From Myxococcales bacterium (GTDB taxonomy: Bacteria > Myxococcota_A > UBA9042), in assembly GCA_037441385.1 (NCBI GenBank), contig JBBISH010000037.1:1-48014 (forward strand): a stretch of DNA of 48,014 nt. Direction: 5' to 3'. The notes below the pieces were generated by a model. That model was not told where the DNA came from and ran no database searches. It saw nothing but the letters and a program-made list of their open reading frames with translations. Every line of letters starts with the position of its first letter. The first letter of the stretch is position 1. The position numbers were made by a program, and so were the translations under genes. Below are positions 29,462 through 37,668 of the stretch, in pieces.

Positions 29462-30472
29462 TCAGAATTGCCAGCGCAAGCCCACCGTGCCGCCCAACAG
29501 TTCAAAACTGTGTGCCTTTCCGTCTTGGCGCATCCCAAAGTCCTGGCTCCACACCGCGTCCAGGGCCAGCCCGCCGCCCAGGCCGTAGCTCGCGCCCAGG
29601 CGATAGCCGCCGCGGTACACTTCGCTGCCGGTCCAGACCGACAACCCTGCGGACTCCAAAGCGTACTGACCGCGGCCATACCAGCCCAAGGCGGTCAGCT
29701 CCAAGTCGGCCAGTGGCCGCCAAGTGGCCCCCAAGCGCGCCGAAGGCCGCAGCACCGACCCCACTTCGCTCAAGCGCAGCCCCAAAGCGACGTCCAGGTT
29801 GGGGGTCAGGCGGCCAAACAGGCGCGGCTCCACCTGCACGACGGTCGTGTTCGGCAGCCACAGCGCGCTTGCCGACAAGTCGGCACCCCAGCTCTGGCCG
29901 CGGTACTGACCGGACAGGCTCGCGAGTGGACTGCCGTTTATGTCCGACGAGGTCGCCGTCACCAGCCCGGCGCTCCCGGTTAGCCGCAGCGCACCCCACT
30001 CGGCCCAGCCGCCCGCCACGGTCACCGACTGCCAAAAATTGTCACTTTGGTAGTTCAGCACGGTCCGCGAGGTCGTCTGCCCAAGCCACCAGCCGCCGCG
30101 GGCCCGATCGGCGCCAGCGAGGAGCGAAACGCCCGATACCGAATCGGAATTCCAAGCGCTGGTATAGCCCAAGTAGCTGCCCCAAACGGCCGCGCGCGGT
30201 CGCCACGGATCGCTCGCCGCAGCCGGTGGCAGAGTCGGGGCAGCGCAGACTTTGGCCTCGCAGTCTTGCAGTCGCAGCTGCAGCATGTGCAGGGCCGCCG
30301 CCTCGGCACTGGGGACATCGCTGGTAGGCGTTTCGGCACGGGCCGCGTCGACGGGCGCGGTCTCTTCGGCGGCCGGCGGCACCGGCAAGGGGGCTTCGTC
30401 CGCGACCACCGGCGGGGTCCCGCCGAGCAGGACCACCACAGTACTCAAGCTGGCAAGAACAAGTCTTTTCAT
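29462..30472 (-). CDS. Putative outer-membrane beta-barrel
   Basis: ATGA overlap with the upstream gene; signal peptide; alternating strands; ends VGLRWQF. Confidence 0.78.
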   Translation of the reverse strand: MKRLVLASLSTVVVLLGGTPPVVADEAPLPVPPAAEETAPVDAARAETPTSDVPSAEAAALHMLQLRLQDCEAKVCAAPTLPPAAASDPWRPRAAVWGSYLGYTSAWNSDSVSGVSLLAGADRARGGWWLGQTTSRTVLNYQSDNFWQSVTVAGGWAEWGALRLTGSAGLVTATSSDINGSPLASLSGQYRGQSWGADLSASALWLPNTTVVQVEPRLFGRLTPNLDVALGLRLSEVGSVLRPSARLGATWRPLADLELTALGWYGRGQYALESAGLSVWTGSEVYRGGYRLGASYGLGGGLALDAVWSQDFGMRQDGKAHSFELLGGTVGLRWQF

Positions 30473-32640
30473 GGTGCAACCTCGGCATCGACCACGGCCT
30501 CGCCGCCGCGCCAGCCGCGCAGACCCACCAGGCCGCGTTGCCGGTCGATGTGCAGCTCCAGGCGTTCGGGCAGCCCTGGCGCAGCGGCGATTTCGGTAGT
30601 GACCACCCAGCCTTGCGGTGTGACCCGCGTCCGGCTGCGGGTCTGCAGCCCGCCGCCATCGCCCAGCGGCAGCAGCAACTCGGCACCCAGCCGGCGCAGC
30701 GGCGACAAGAAGGGCAGCGCGCTGGGGCTGTCGTGCCATTGCACGGTTGCATCGGCCGCAAAGGGCACCCGCGCCGCCGCCACGGCAAACAGCGCGAGCA
30801 GGCTCCGCGGCGATCCGCGGAAATCCAGCACCGTCGCATACGAATCGTCCACGTAGATGCCCGCCGAGGCGTCGTCGCTGACCAACCGTCGCTGGCCCAG
30901 CGCGTCGATCGTGCTCGTCCAGGTCTGCGGGGTGGCATGGCCCTTGAACTGCCAGTTCCACGTGTTGCCCGGCGCGAGCGCCAGGGCCGTGCGCAGCTCG
31001 GCGTCGGGTTGCAGGGCCTCGATCAGGTCGCCCTCGGCCGGGCTGGCGTGGGTCAGATAGCGGCGCTCACCCTGGCTGGTGCGAATGAACTGCAGAAATT
31101 CGGCGGGGATCGTCGGCGCGCCCACCTCGGGGCTCGCCTGGACTTGCAGGTGCAAGTGCGGCACCGGCGAGCGGCCCGAATTGCCGACCCGCGCCAGCAG
31201 CTGACCGCGGACCACTGTGGCCCCTTCGCGGACTTGCAGGCTGCCTTGCTGCAGGTGGCACAGGGCCGAGTACACCCCGCCGCGATGGGCAATCACCAGC
31301 GCATTTCCCCAGTTGCGGGCCGTGTCGACATGGCCGATCGGGTTGTCCGGCAGGTGGCCGATGGCCCGCACCACCGTGCCGTCGGCCGGCGCCACTACCG
31401 GCGCGCCAAAGGCGTAGAAGTGATGCGGCTCGGTGCCCGCGTCGCGCCAGCGCTGCCCGTCGTCGTCCTGCACCTCGAAGTCCCACGCGTGGGCATACAG
31501 GCCCTGGTGCGTCAGCGCCCCGCCCGGCCCCTGGCTCACCAGCCAGCGGCCCATCACCGGCAGGTGCAGCAGCGGCACCCCCGGAGGCGGGTAGCGGCGC
31601 GCCTGCTGCAGCACCTGGTCCAGCGCTTCTTCGGGGCGCCCGGCCGATCCGCGCACCAGCTGCAGCGGGCCGGCGCCCAGACGTTGCACCAGCGCCAGCA
31701 GCGTCCCCGCCACCACCAGCACGAACGGCGCGGCCAGCACAGGCAATTCCAGGACTTGTAGCCCCTGCAGCAGCGCCGCGCCCAGCAGGGTCGCCGTCGC
31801 GGCCGTCAACGCCGCCAGCACCAGCGAAGCTTTGGAGAGCACAACGAAAACACCGCCCAGCGCCACCGCCGTCAAGATGGCGTTGAAGCCGAGGAGGTGC
31901 AGCTCCAGGTCGCCATCGGGCCCGCCCAACGCTGCGTAGGTCAGCCGCGCCGCCGCGTAACCCAGCAGCGCCAAAAGGGCGGCCCAGCGCGACCACGCCA
32001 GCAGCGCCAACAGCACCAGCGCCCCCGCCGCCGTCGTCGGCACCATCAGCACCGCGCCCAACGAGCGCAGCAGCGGCACCGCCGCGGTCGGGAGCCAATC
32101 GTGCGGACTGGCCGCCAGAGGCACGCCCGGAGCCACGTGGGCAAAGCGGTGCGCGGCCAGCAGCGCCAGCCAGCCGGCCAGCACAAAGGGCAACGACAGC
32201 AACGGCGCCCCTACGTACCGCTCGAACCAGGGCTTGAGAGCCAGGCCCAGGCCCAGCGCGACCGCCGCCGCCAGCACCACCAGGCCCGCCAGCGCCACGC
32301 TCGGCTTCAGCAGCAGCGCCAAGATCAAGCCCACCAGCAGACCGTTGCAACCCAGCCACTGCACGTCGAATTCCGGCAGCGCCGGCGCAAAGGTCCGCGC
32401 CAGCCCGCGGGTTACGGCCAAGCCCAGCAGGCCCAGGCCGCCCCGCAGCGGGTCCAAGAAGGTCGCCGCCACCAGCAGCAGCGCTGGCAGCCCGCGCATC
32501 CCGAACAAGACCAGCCCGTAGCTGGCCAGCCACTGCTCCGCAACCCGGCGCAGCGGCTGCACTTGCCGCAGCCACGGCTTGGCCGCCGCGGGCATCGGCT
32601 CAACCGCGCTCGCCGCGGGGATGCTGCTGGCAGACTCCAT
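30469..32640 (-). CDS. Urea-transporter-family membrane domain fused to an M23 peptidase domain
   Basis: Duplicated UT-like halves (GCNGLLVG/LSLPFV; GFNAILTA/LAAPFV); M23 motifs HAWD, PVVAPADG, WGN, HL, GNSGRSPVPHLH. Confidence 0.85.
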   Translation of the reverse strand: MESASSIPAASAVEPMPAAAKPWLRQVQPLRRVAEQWLASYGLVLFGMRGLPALLLVAATFLDPLRGGLGLLGLAVTRGLARTFAPALPEFDVQWLGCNGLLVGLILALLLKPSVALAGLVVLAAAVALGLGLALKPWFERYVGAPLLSLPFVLAGWLALLAAHRFAHVAPGVPLAASPHDWLPTAAVPLLRSLGAVLMVPTTAAGALVLLALLAWSRWAALLALLGYAAARLTYAALGGPDGDLELHLLGFNAILTAVALGGVFVVLSKASLVLAALTAATATLLGAALLQGLQVLELPVLAAPFVLVVAGTLLALVQRLGAGPLQLVRGSAGRPEEALDQVLQQARRYPPPGVPLLHLPVMGRWLVSQGPGGALTHQGLYAHAWDFEVQDDDGQRWRDAGTEPHHFYAFGAPVVAPADGTVVRAIGHLPDNPIGHVDTARNWGNALVIAHRGGVYSALCHLQQGSLQVREGATVVRGQLLARVGNSGRSPVPHLHLQVQASPEVGAPTIPAEFLQFIRTSQGERRYLTHASPAEGDLIEALQPDAELRTALALAPGNTWNWQFKGHATPQTWTSTIDALGQRRLVSDDASAGIYVDDSYATVLDFRGSPRSLLALFAVAAARVPFAADATVQWHDSPSALPFLSPLRRLGAELLLPLGDGGGLQTRSRTRVTPQGWVVTTEIAAAPGLPERLELHIDRQRGLVGLRGWRGGEAVVDAEVAP

Positions 32641-32643
32641 CGG

Positions 32644-33993
32644 TTACTCCGCCAGCCGGGCCGGCACCTGCTCCGGGCCCTTCAGGTCGTCCAACACCTC
32701 GGCGCGGCGGATCACGTCGACCTCGCCGTCCTCGCCCAGCAGCACGGCCGCCGGGCGCAGGCGGATGAACTGCATGGACTGCGTCACGTTGTACGCCCCC
32801 ACCGGCCGAATCACCAGCACGTCGCCCGCATCCAGAGGCGGCAGCAGCACGCTGGGGCGCACCACGTCGATGTTCATGCAGAGCGGCCCGTAGACCACCG
32901 TGTCCTCTTGCATGCCGCCGCGGTCCTCGGCCGGCAGCACGTCGTGGCGGTACCAGTAGCTGGTAAAGAGCACGTTGACGCCCGCGTCGACGATGATGGC
33001 GCGGGTGCCGTCGGCCAGGCGCTTTTGCCCCACCACGCTGGTGAGCATGAAGCCAGCCTCGTCGATCAGGGCGCGGCCGGTCTCCAGCAGCAGGGTCGGC
33101 AGCTCGTCCGGGCGGAAACCGGCGCCCAGCAGGGCCCGCGCCACCGCCTCGGCGTAGTCGTCGACCGGCGGGGTGGCGTCGGTGCCCGGCGCGTACTGCG
33201 CGTGCAGCGTGGCCCGCGAGGCAAAACCGCCGCCGATATCCAAGGTTTTCACCACCATCCCGGTCTCGCGGCGCACCTCCAGGGCCAGCTCGGCCAGGCG
33301 CCCGGCCATGCGCCCGTAGGCCGTGGGGTCGGTGACGTAAGTGCCGATGTGGCAGTGCAGGCCGTCGAGCTGCAGGTGGCCGCCGCTGGCGATGCGCCGC
33401 ACCGCGTCCATGGCCTCGCCGCTGTCCAGGTTGAAGCCAAAGCGGTCCCAGCGCGGGTGGATGCCCACGTCCATGTTGACCCGCAGCGTCACGCCCAGGC
33501 GCCGCCCGGCCTTTTTGGCAATCCGCTCGCAGGCATACAGCTCCTCGAAGTGGTCGACGTGGACGTGCGCGCCCTGCAGCAGCGCCTCTTCCAGCGCCGG
33601 CAGCGGCTTGTAGGGCCCGTTGAACAGGATGTGCGCGTCCGGGATGCCCAGGCGGCGGGCCATCTGGTACTCGTACTCGCTGACCACCTCGGCCCAGGCG
33701 CCCTCTTGGTGGAAGATGCGGCAGACCGCGTCCAGGTAGTTGGTCTTGTAACTCCAGGCGAATTGCACCTTGGGGTAGCGCTGCGAGAACGCCCGCCAGG
33801 CCTCGCGGTAGGCGCGGCGGATGCGGTGCTCGCTGTAGACGAACAGCGGGCTGCCGAATTGCTTGGCCAGATCCGTGACTTTGTGGCCATCGATGCGCTC
33901 CAGCGCCCGCCCGCCCGGCGCCCGGCCGAACTTGTTGGCCAGCGCGGCCTGGTGGCGAAGAATCGTTGGCTTCTCGTAGGGTTGACGGTCCAT
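32644..33993 (-). CDS. PLP-dependent decarboxylase, Orn/DAP/Arg (LysA-like) family
   Basis: SYKTNY (PLP Lys), HCHIG, DIGGGF, ETGR, GPLCMNID, GAY; AGGAGG RBS. Confidence 0.9.
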   Translation of the reverse strand: MDRQPYEKPTILRHQAALANKFGRAPGGRALERIDGHKVTDLAKQFGSPLFVYSEHRIRRAYREAWRAFSQRYPKVQFAWSYKTNYLDAVCRIFHQEGAWAEVVSEYEYQMARRLGIPDAHILFNGPYKPLPALEEALLQGAHVHVDHFEELYACERIAKKAGRRLGVTLRVNMDVGIHPRWDRFGFNLDSGEAMDAVRRIASGGHLQLDGLHCHIGTYVTDPTAYGRMAGRLAELALEVRRETGMVVKTLDIGGGFASRATLHAQYAPGTDATPPVDDYAEAVARALLGAGFRPDELPTLLLETGRALIDEAGFMLTSVVGQKRLADGTRAIIVDAGVNVLFTSYWYRHDVLPAEDRGGMQEDTVVYGPLCMNIDVVRPSVLLPPLDAGDVLVIRPVGAYNVTQSMQFIRLRPAAVLLGEDGEVDVIRRAEVLDDLKGPEQVPARLAE

Positions 33994-34017
33994 CGGGTCC
34001 TCCTGTTCGTTCGTCGT

Positions 34018-35061
34018 TTAGCGATGCAGTTCGCCCACCGTGGTCAGGGCCTGGTAATCGGCCAGCGCGCACACCTGGTCCAGGCTGTGGCGCAGGAACA
34101 GCACGCCGGGCGCAGGCGGCGGCATGGGCTCGACCTTGCGGCCCAGCGCCAGCTCCACCGTGGCCCACGGCAGGTTGCGCTCGGCACCCGCGCACAGGTA
34201 CACCCACGCCGGGAAACGCGGATTGATTTCAATCAGATGACACGAGCCCCCCTCGTGCGCACGCATCACCTCGAGCTCGCACGGCCCGCGCCACTTCAAC
34301 GCGGCGATGGTGGTGCGGACAAACGCGTCCAGCTCCGGGTCGGCCACGGTAATCCCGCCCCACGCCTTGCCTTTGTCGGTCAGCTGCATCTTGCGCATCG
34401 GCACGGCGCCGATGACACCGCCCTCGCCGTCGCCCAGGACGGTGATGTCGAACTCCACGCCGGCCACGTACTCCTGCACCACCACCGGCACACCCCACTT
34501 GGCGCGCAACCGCTGGAAATGGCTGTAGACCTCCATGGGCGTGTGGGCGATGGCTGCCTCGTAGAACTGGCCCTTGACCATCACCGGGAACTGGATCTGC
34601 TGGTCCAGCTTGGCGATCGCCGACTCCTCCATCAGGTTCACCCCGCGCGGCACCCGCACGCCGCGGTCGTTCAGGGCCGCCAGTTGGTCCTTGGCGCGCA
34701 GCTTCAGGCTGTCTTGGCTGGGCAGCAGGGTAGCGATGCCCATGGCGCGCAGCTGCGGCTCCAGCTTCAGCAGCCCGGCCAGCTCGGAATCCAGCGTGGG
34801 AATCAGCACATCGATGGGTGTGTGGGCGTGGATGGCGCTCAGCCGCTCCAGCGTGACCGCGGTGCCCTGCGACGGGTACGGCATCAGGTACACGTGGTCG
34901 GCGATGCCATCCATGTAGGCGCCCGGGTCCAGGGCGTCGTAGCCCAGGCCGATGATGCACACGTCCGGATTCGCCTTGCGGATCGAGCGGATCACCGGCA
35001 CGCCCGGCCCCGGGTTGTCGGTGGCGTTCAGGCCGCTGACGGCTACCGTGAGCTTGGCCAT
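34018..35061 (-). CDS. ATP-grasp ligase
   Basis: LIPTLDSE, FPVMVKG, VVQEYVAG.E, LIEINPRF. Confidence 0.88.
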   Translation of the reverse strand: MAKLTVAVSGLNATDNPGPGVPVIRSIRKANPDVCIIGLGYDALDPGAYMDGIADHVYLMPYPSQGTAVTLERLSAIHAHTPIDVLIPTLDSELAGLLKLEPQLRAMGIATLLPSQDSLKLRAKDQLAALNDRGVRVPRGVNLMEESAIAKLDQQIQFPVMVKGQFYEAAIAHTPMEVYSHFQRLRAKWGVPVVVQEYVAGVEFDITVLGDGEGGVIGAVPMRKMQLTDKGKAWGGITVADPELDAFVRTTIAALKWRGPCELEVMRAHEGGSCHLIEINPRFPAWVYLCAGAERNLPWATVELALGRKVEPMPPPAPGVLFLRHSLDQVCALADYQALTTVGELHR

Positions 35062-35336
35062 CACATCCCCCCGCTGGCGGCCTGGCCGTTCTCTTGCGGC
35101 GCGTCTGCCCGCAAGTGCAGGTCGCGCAAACGGAACAGGAATTGCTCGGCGTCGCGCTGGGCGGTGGCCTCTTCCACCTCGAAGTGCTCAGCCATGCCCA
35201 TGGCCAGCTCGGCCTCGGCGGTGCCGGCCATCAGGGCCTTGAGCATCCAAGTCGCGGTTTTGTTCAGGGTATAGGTGTTGCCCGTCCGGGTGTCGAACAG
35301 GAAGCCGCTGTCGCTCAGGGCCAGGTGCTGGTACAC
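35061..35336 (-). CDS. PqqD-family / RiPP recognition element protein
   Basis: GFLFDTRTGNTYTLNKTA...HFEVEEATAQRDAEQFL; GGAGG RBS before GTG. Confidence 0.88.
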   Translation of the reverse strand: MYQHLALSDSGFLFDTRTGNTYTLNKTATWMLKALMAGTAEAELAMGMAEHFEVEEATAQRDAEQFLFRLRDLHLRADAPQENGQAASGGM

Positions 35337-35397
35337 GGTTTGCCTCCGTCGCTTGGGGCCGGCGGGTTTGTGGTGCGCCGGCGTGGTTCAATCCATA

Positions 35398-35414
35398 AGC
35401 AAGGGGTGTGCCAA
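35398..35414 (-). promoter_or_regulatory. Sigma54 (-24/-12) promoter
   Basis: TTGGCAC-ACCCC-TTGCT, exact GG-N10-GC spacing, about 60 bp upstream of the PqqD gene. Confidence 0.85.
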
Positions 35415-35529
35415 CTTGGTCGGCACGGCGCAGGCTTGGCAATTTACCATGAATCTTTGTGAGCTTACACGCTGCCCCGCGCGCCCGTCGGCGGGGGCTG
35501 GGGCCCTGTTCCGGCTGGGAATGGCCCAA

Positions 35530-35597
35530 GAAGTGCAAATTTTGCACTTCGGTCGCGCAAGAACTGCATCTTGGCGGCTGGGGTGCAGATTTTGCAC
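35530..35597. promoter_or_regulatory. Putative enhancer (bEBP-binding) palindromes
   Basis: GAAGTGCAAA-T-TTTGCACTTC (35530-35550), CGCA-N5-TGCA (35556-35568), GTGCAGATTTTGCAC (35583-35597). Confidence 0.7.
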
Positions 35598-35660
35598 TCG
35601 TGGTGCAGGTGGCATCGGGTAGTGGTGGAAATCGTGATGCAGGACAGGGAATTAGCCTGT

Positions 35661-37052
35661 TCACGCGGTCTCCCCACGCCGCCAGCCCGCCACCGCCAGC
35701 CCACTGAGGCCAAACCGCACCGCGTTCCCTTCGTGCAGCGCGGCCAGCTCGCCAAGCGCCACCTGCACGAACCGCGGACGATCGGCCGCGGCCACCGAGT
35801 CCGGCGTGTACTCCACGACTTGCGCCTCGCTGGCCGGCTGTCCGCTGGCCACCACCGCGCGCACCACCTCGCCCAGTTGCCGGCGGTACTTCAGGCGCAC
35901 CGGCTCGGGCGGCACCAACTGCTGCTCCACGGCGGCGTAGTGCTGGCAACTGCGCTCGTACGCCCACACGAACACATCTCGCATCAGGTCGACCTTGCCC
36001 AGCTCGTAAATGCCCAAGATCGCATCGGTATACGCGGCTTCGGGCAGATCCAGGAACGCCAGCGGCACCAAATTGTGACGAATCAGCGGCACATTGGCGG
36101 CCAGGCGCGACACCCGCTTGTTGACGTCTTCAAACGGCTGCAGGTACGGCAGGTGAACCAGGACGAACAGCGCCTGCTCAAACGGGTCGGCGATGGCGTT
36201 CGCGGTCGCACACAGCAAGGCAAACACCTGCTCCAGGCGCTGCGGCAACGCCAGGGGCAAGTAGACGCTGCCGCCGATGCCCACCGCCCGTCGCCGCAGA
36301 CGCCCACAGGCGGCCGGATCGGCCAACAGGCCGTCGGACAGAAGTGCATGAAGATCCAACAGGGTAGCCGGGCCCAGGTCCAGCCCGGCGGCTCGGTCCA
36401 CCAGGTACTCGATGGCCGCCTTGTGGTTCAAGATCATCTGCGCTTCCACGGCGTCGTGGCCGGCGGCAGTCTCGCCAAAGGCAATCAGGCGCTCGGTGTC
36501 CAGGCGCGTGTAGGTGTTGCCCTCCAGCCGGCTCGACGCCCACGCCAAGTCGATTAGCAATCGGCTCAGGATCTCTTTGGCAAACGTGCCGGCGACATCG
36601 GCCGCGTGACCGGCGCGCCCCAGCGAGGCCAGCGATTGCCGAAGCGACTCAGGCAGATACCAAGTGTGTCCCGGCCGATACGCCTCGAGTAGCTCCAGGC
36701 GATAGCTGACCGGCTCGCGCAACGCCTGCGGACGGCGGACAGCGGCGACGATGGCCACGGACTCGGGCGAGAGCGGAACGATTCCCGCATACTCGGGGAC
36801 TTGCTCGGCACTGCGGCTGGCAGGAACGGGGGCCGGCGGCAACTGGCCAAGCCCATAGCGGACCGCGCGCCCCGAACCGCCCGCCAGCACCTGCCCGGAC
36901 TGTGCCATGGCCGCCAAGTGCCGCTGCAAAGTCCGCTTCGGCACAGGGGAAGGCAGGTGGGACAGCAGCTCGGACACGCCAAGCCCGGCTGGGTGATTCG
37001 CAAGCGCGGTCAAAATGCTCGCGTCGATCGACTCGGAGTGGAAGGTGGCCAT
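35661..37052 (-). CDS. Fic-family protein with N-terminal winged HTH
   Basis: SSRLEGN, MILNHK, variant Fic motif YLQPFEDVNKRVSR; N-terminal PKRTLQRHL...RAVRY. Confidence 0.9.
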   Translation of the reverse strand: MATFHSESIDASILTALANHPAGLGVSELLSHLPSPVPKRTLQRHLAAMAQSGQVLAGGSGRAVRYGLGQLPPAPVPASRSAEQVPEYAGIVPLSPESVAIVAAVRRPQALREPVSYRLELLEAYRPGHTWYLPESLRQSLASLGRAGHAADVAGTFAKEILSRLLIDLAWASSRLEGNTYTRLDTERLIAFGETAAGHDAVEAQMILNHKAAIEYLVDRAAGLDLGPATLLDLHALLSDGLLADPAACGRLRRRAVGIGGSVYLPLALPQRLEQVFALLCATANAIADPFEQALFVLVHLPYLQPFEDVNKRVSRLAANVPLIRHNLVPLAFLDLPEAAYTDAILGIYELGKVDLMRDVFVWAYERSCQHYAAVEQQLVPPEPVRLKYRRQLGEVVRAVVASGQPASEAQVVEYTPDSVAAADRPRFVQVALGELAALHEGNAVRFGLSGLAVAGWRRGETA

Positions 37053-37069
37053 CGGCAGACCGCCGCGTT

Positions 37070-37157
37070 TCGCGCCAAGCTGGTGGCGCGCAAATCGAGT
37101 ATCGCGCCAGTTGGAGTGGCGCGCAAGCGACGAATCGCGCCAAGGAAGTGGCGCGCA
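37070..37157. promoter_or_regulatory. Three tandem palindromes upstream of fic (putative operators)
   Basis: TCGCGCCA-N5/6-GTGGCGCGCA at 37070, 37102 and 37135. Confidence 0.65.
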
Positions 37158-37293
37158 TTGGGCGCTGGTGGTGCGGAAGGGTCTGGGGTGGGCGGATGGG
37201 GCGCCGGGAATTCAGGAGCCCGGGAATGATCAGGAAGTCTTGGTGTTACTTGCGTCCCGGGGCCGTTTTGGGATCCTACTCGTGGTCGCGTAG

Positions 37294-37401
37294 GACTTCT
37301 TGCACCGCCAGCTCACCCAGCGGCGGTACCTGCACGGTCACACGCCGCCCATCATTCACCGCGACATCAACCCGTTCAACCTGAGGCGGCGCCGCCGTTG
37401 A
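37294..37401 (+). pseudogene. Ser/Thr protein kinase catalytic-loop remnant
   Basis: Reads YLHGHTPPIIHRDINPFNL between stop codons, with no other kinase subdomains. Confidence 0.55.
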
Positions 37402-37668
37402 CGGGGACGTGACTACTTCTTTGTCAAGCTCCCCGTCGTCGAATGACGACATCTCGGCCGGCCGGACACGCTGGTTGCCGGCTGCGCGGGTCGGCTGCCG
37501 ACACGTCAGCCCACCCGCGCTTCCGCGACCTGAGTCTCCGTCGGTCTCTTCCGCGTCAAGTGGCTTCCCCGTGTAGATCCATGAATTCGCACACTTCGTG
37601 CCGAATTCACGTCTCTCCACGTGGGTCCACTTGACCCGTTGGCACGCTTCCCTGCGCCCAGGCCCGGA

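Noticed and set aside
31897..35274. 1125-aa plus-strand ORF
   Set aside because: Antisense shadow of the decarboxylase, ATP-grasp and PqqD genes.
35337..35660. Separate RiPP precursor ORF upstream of the PqqD gene
   Set aside because: No short ORF with an RBS and leader motif downstream of the sigma54 promoter; the region is occupied by regulatory sites.
37070..37157. Mini-CRISPR array
   Set aside because: Spacers are only about 9-10 bp; better explained as operators.
37276..37620. 114-aa minus-strand ORF
   Set aside because: No recognisable motifs; it is antisense to the kinase remnant.
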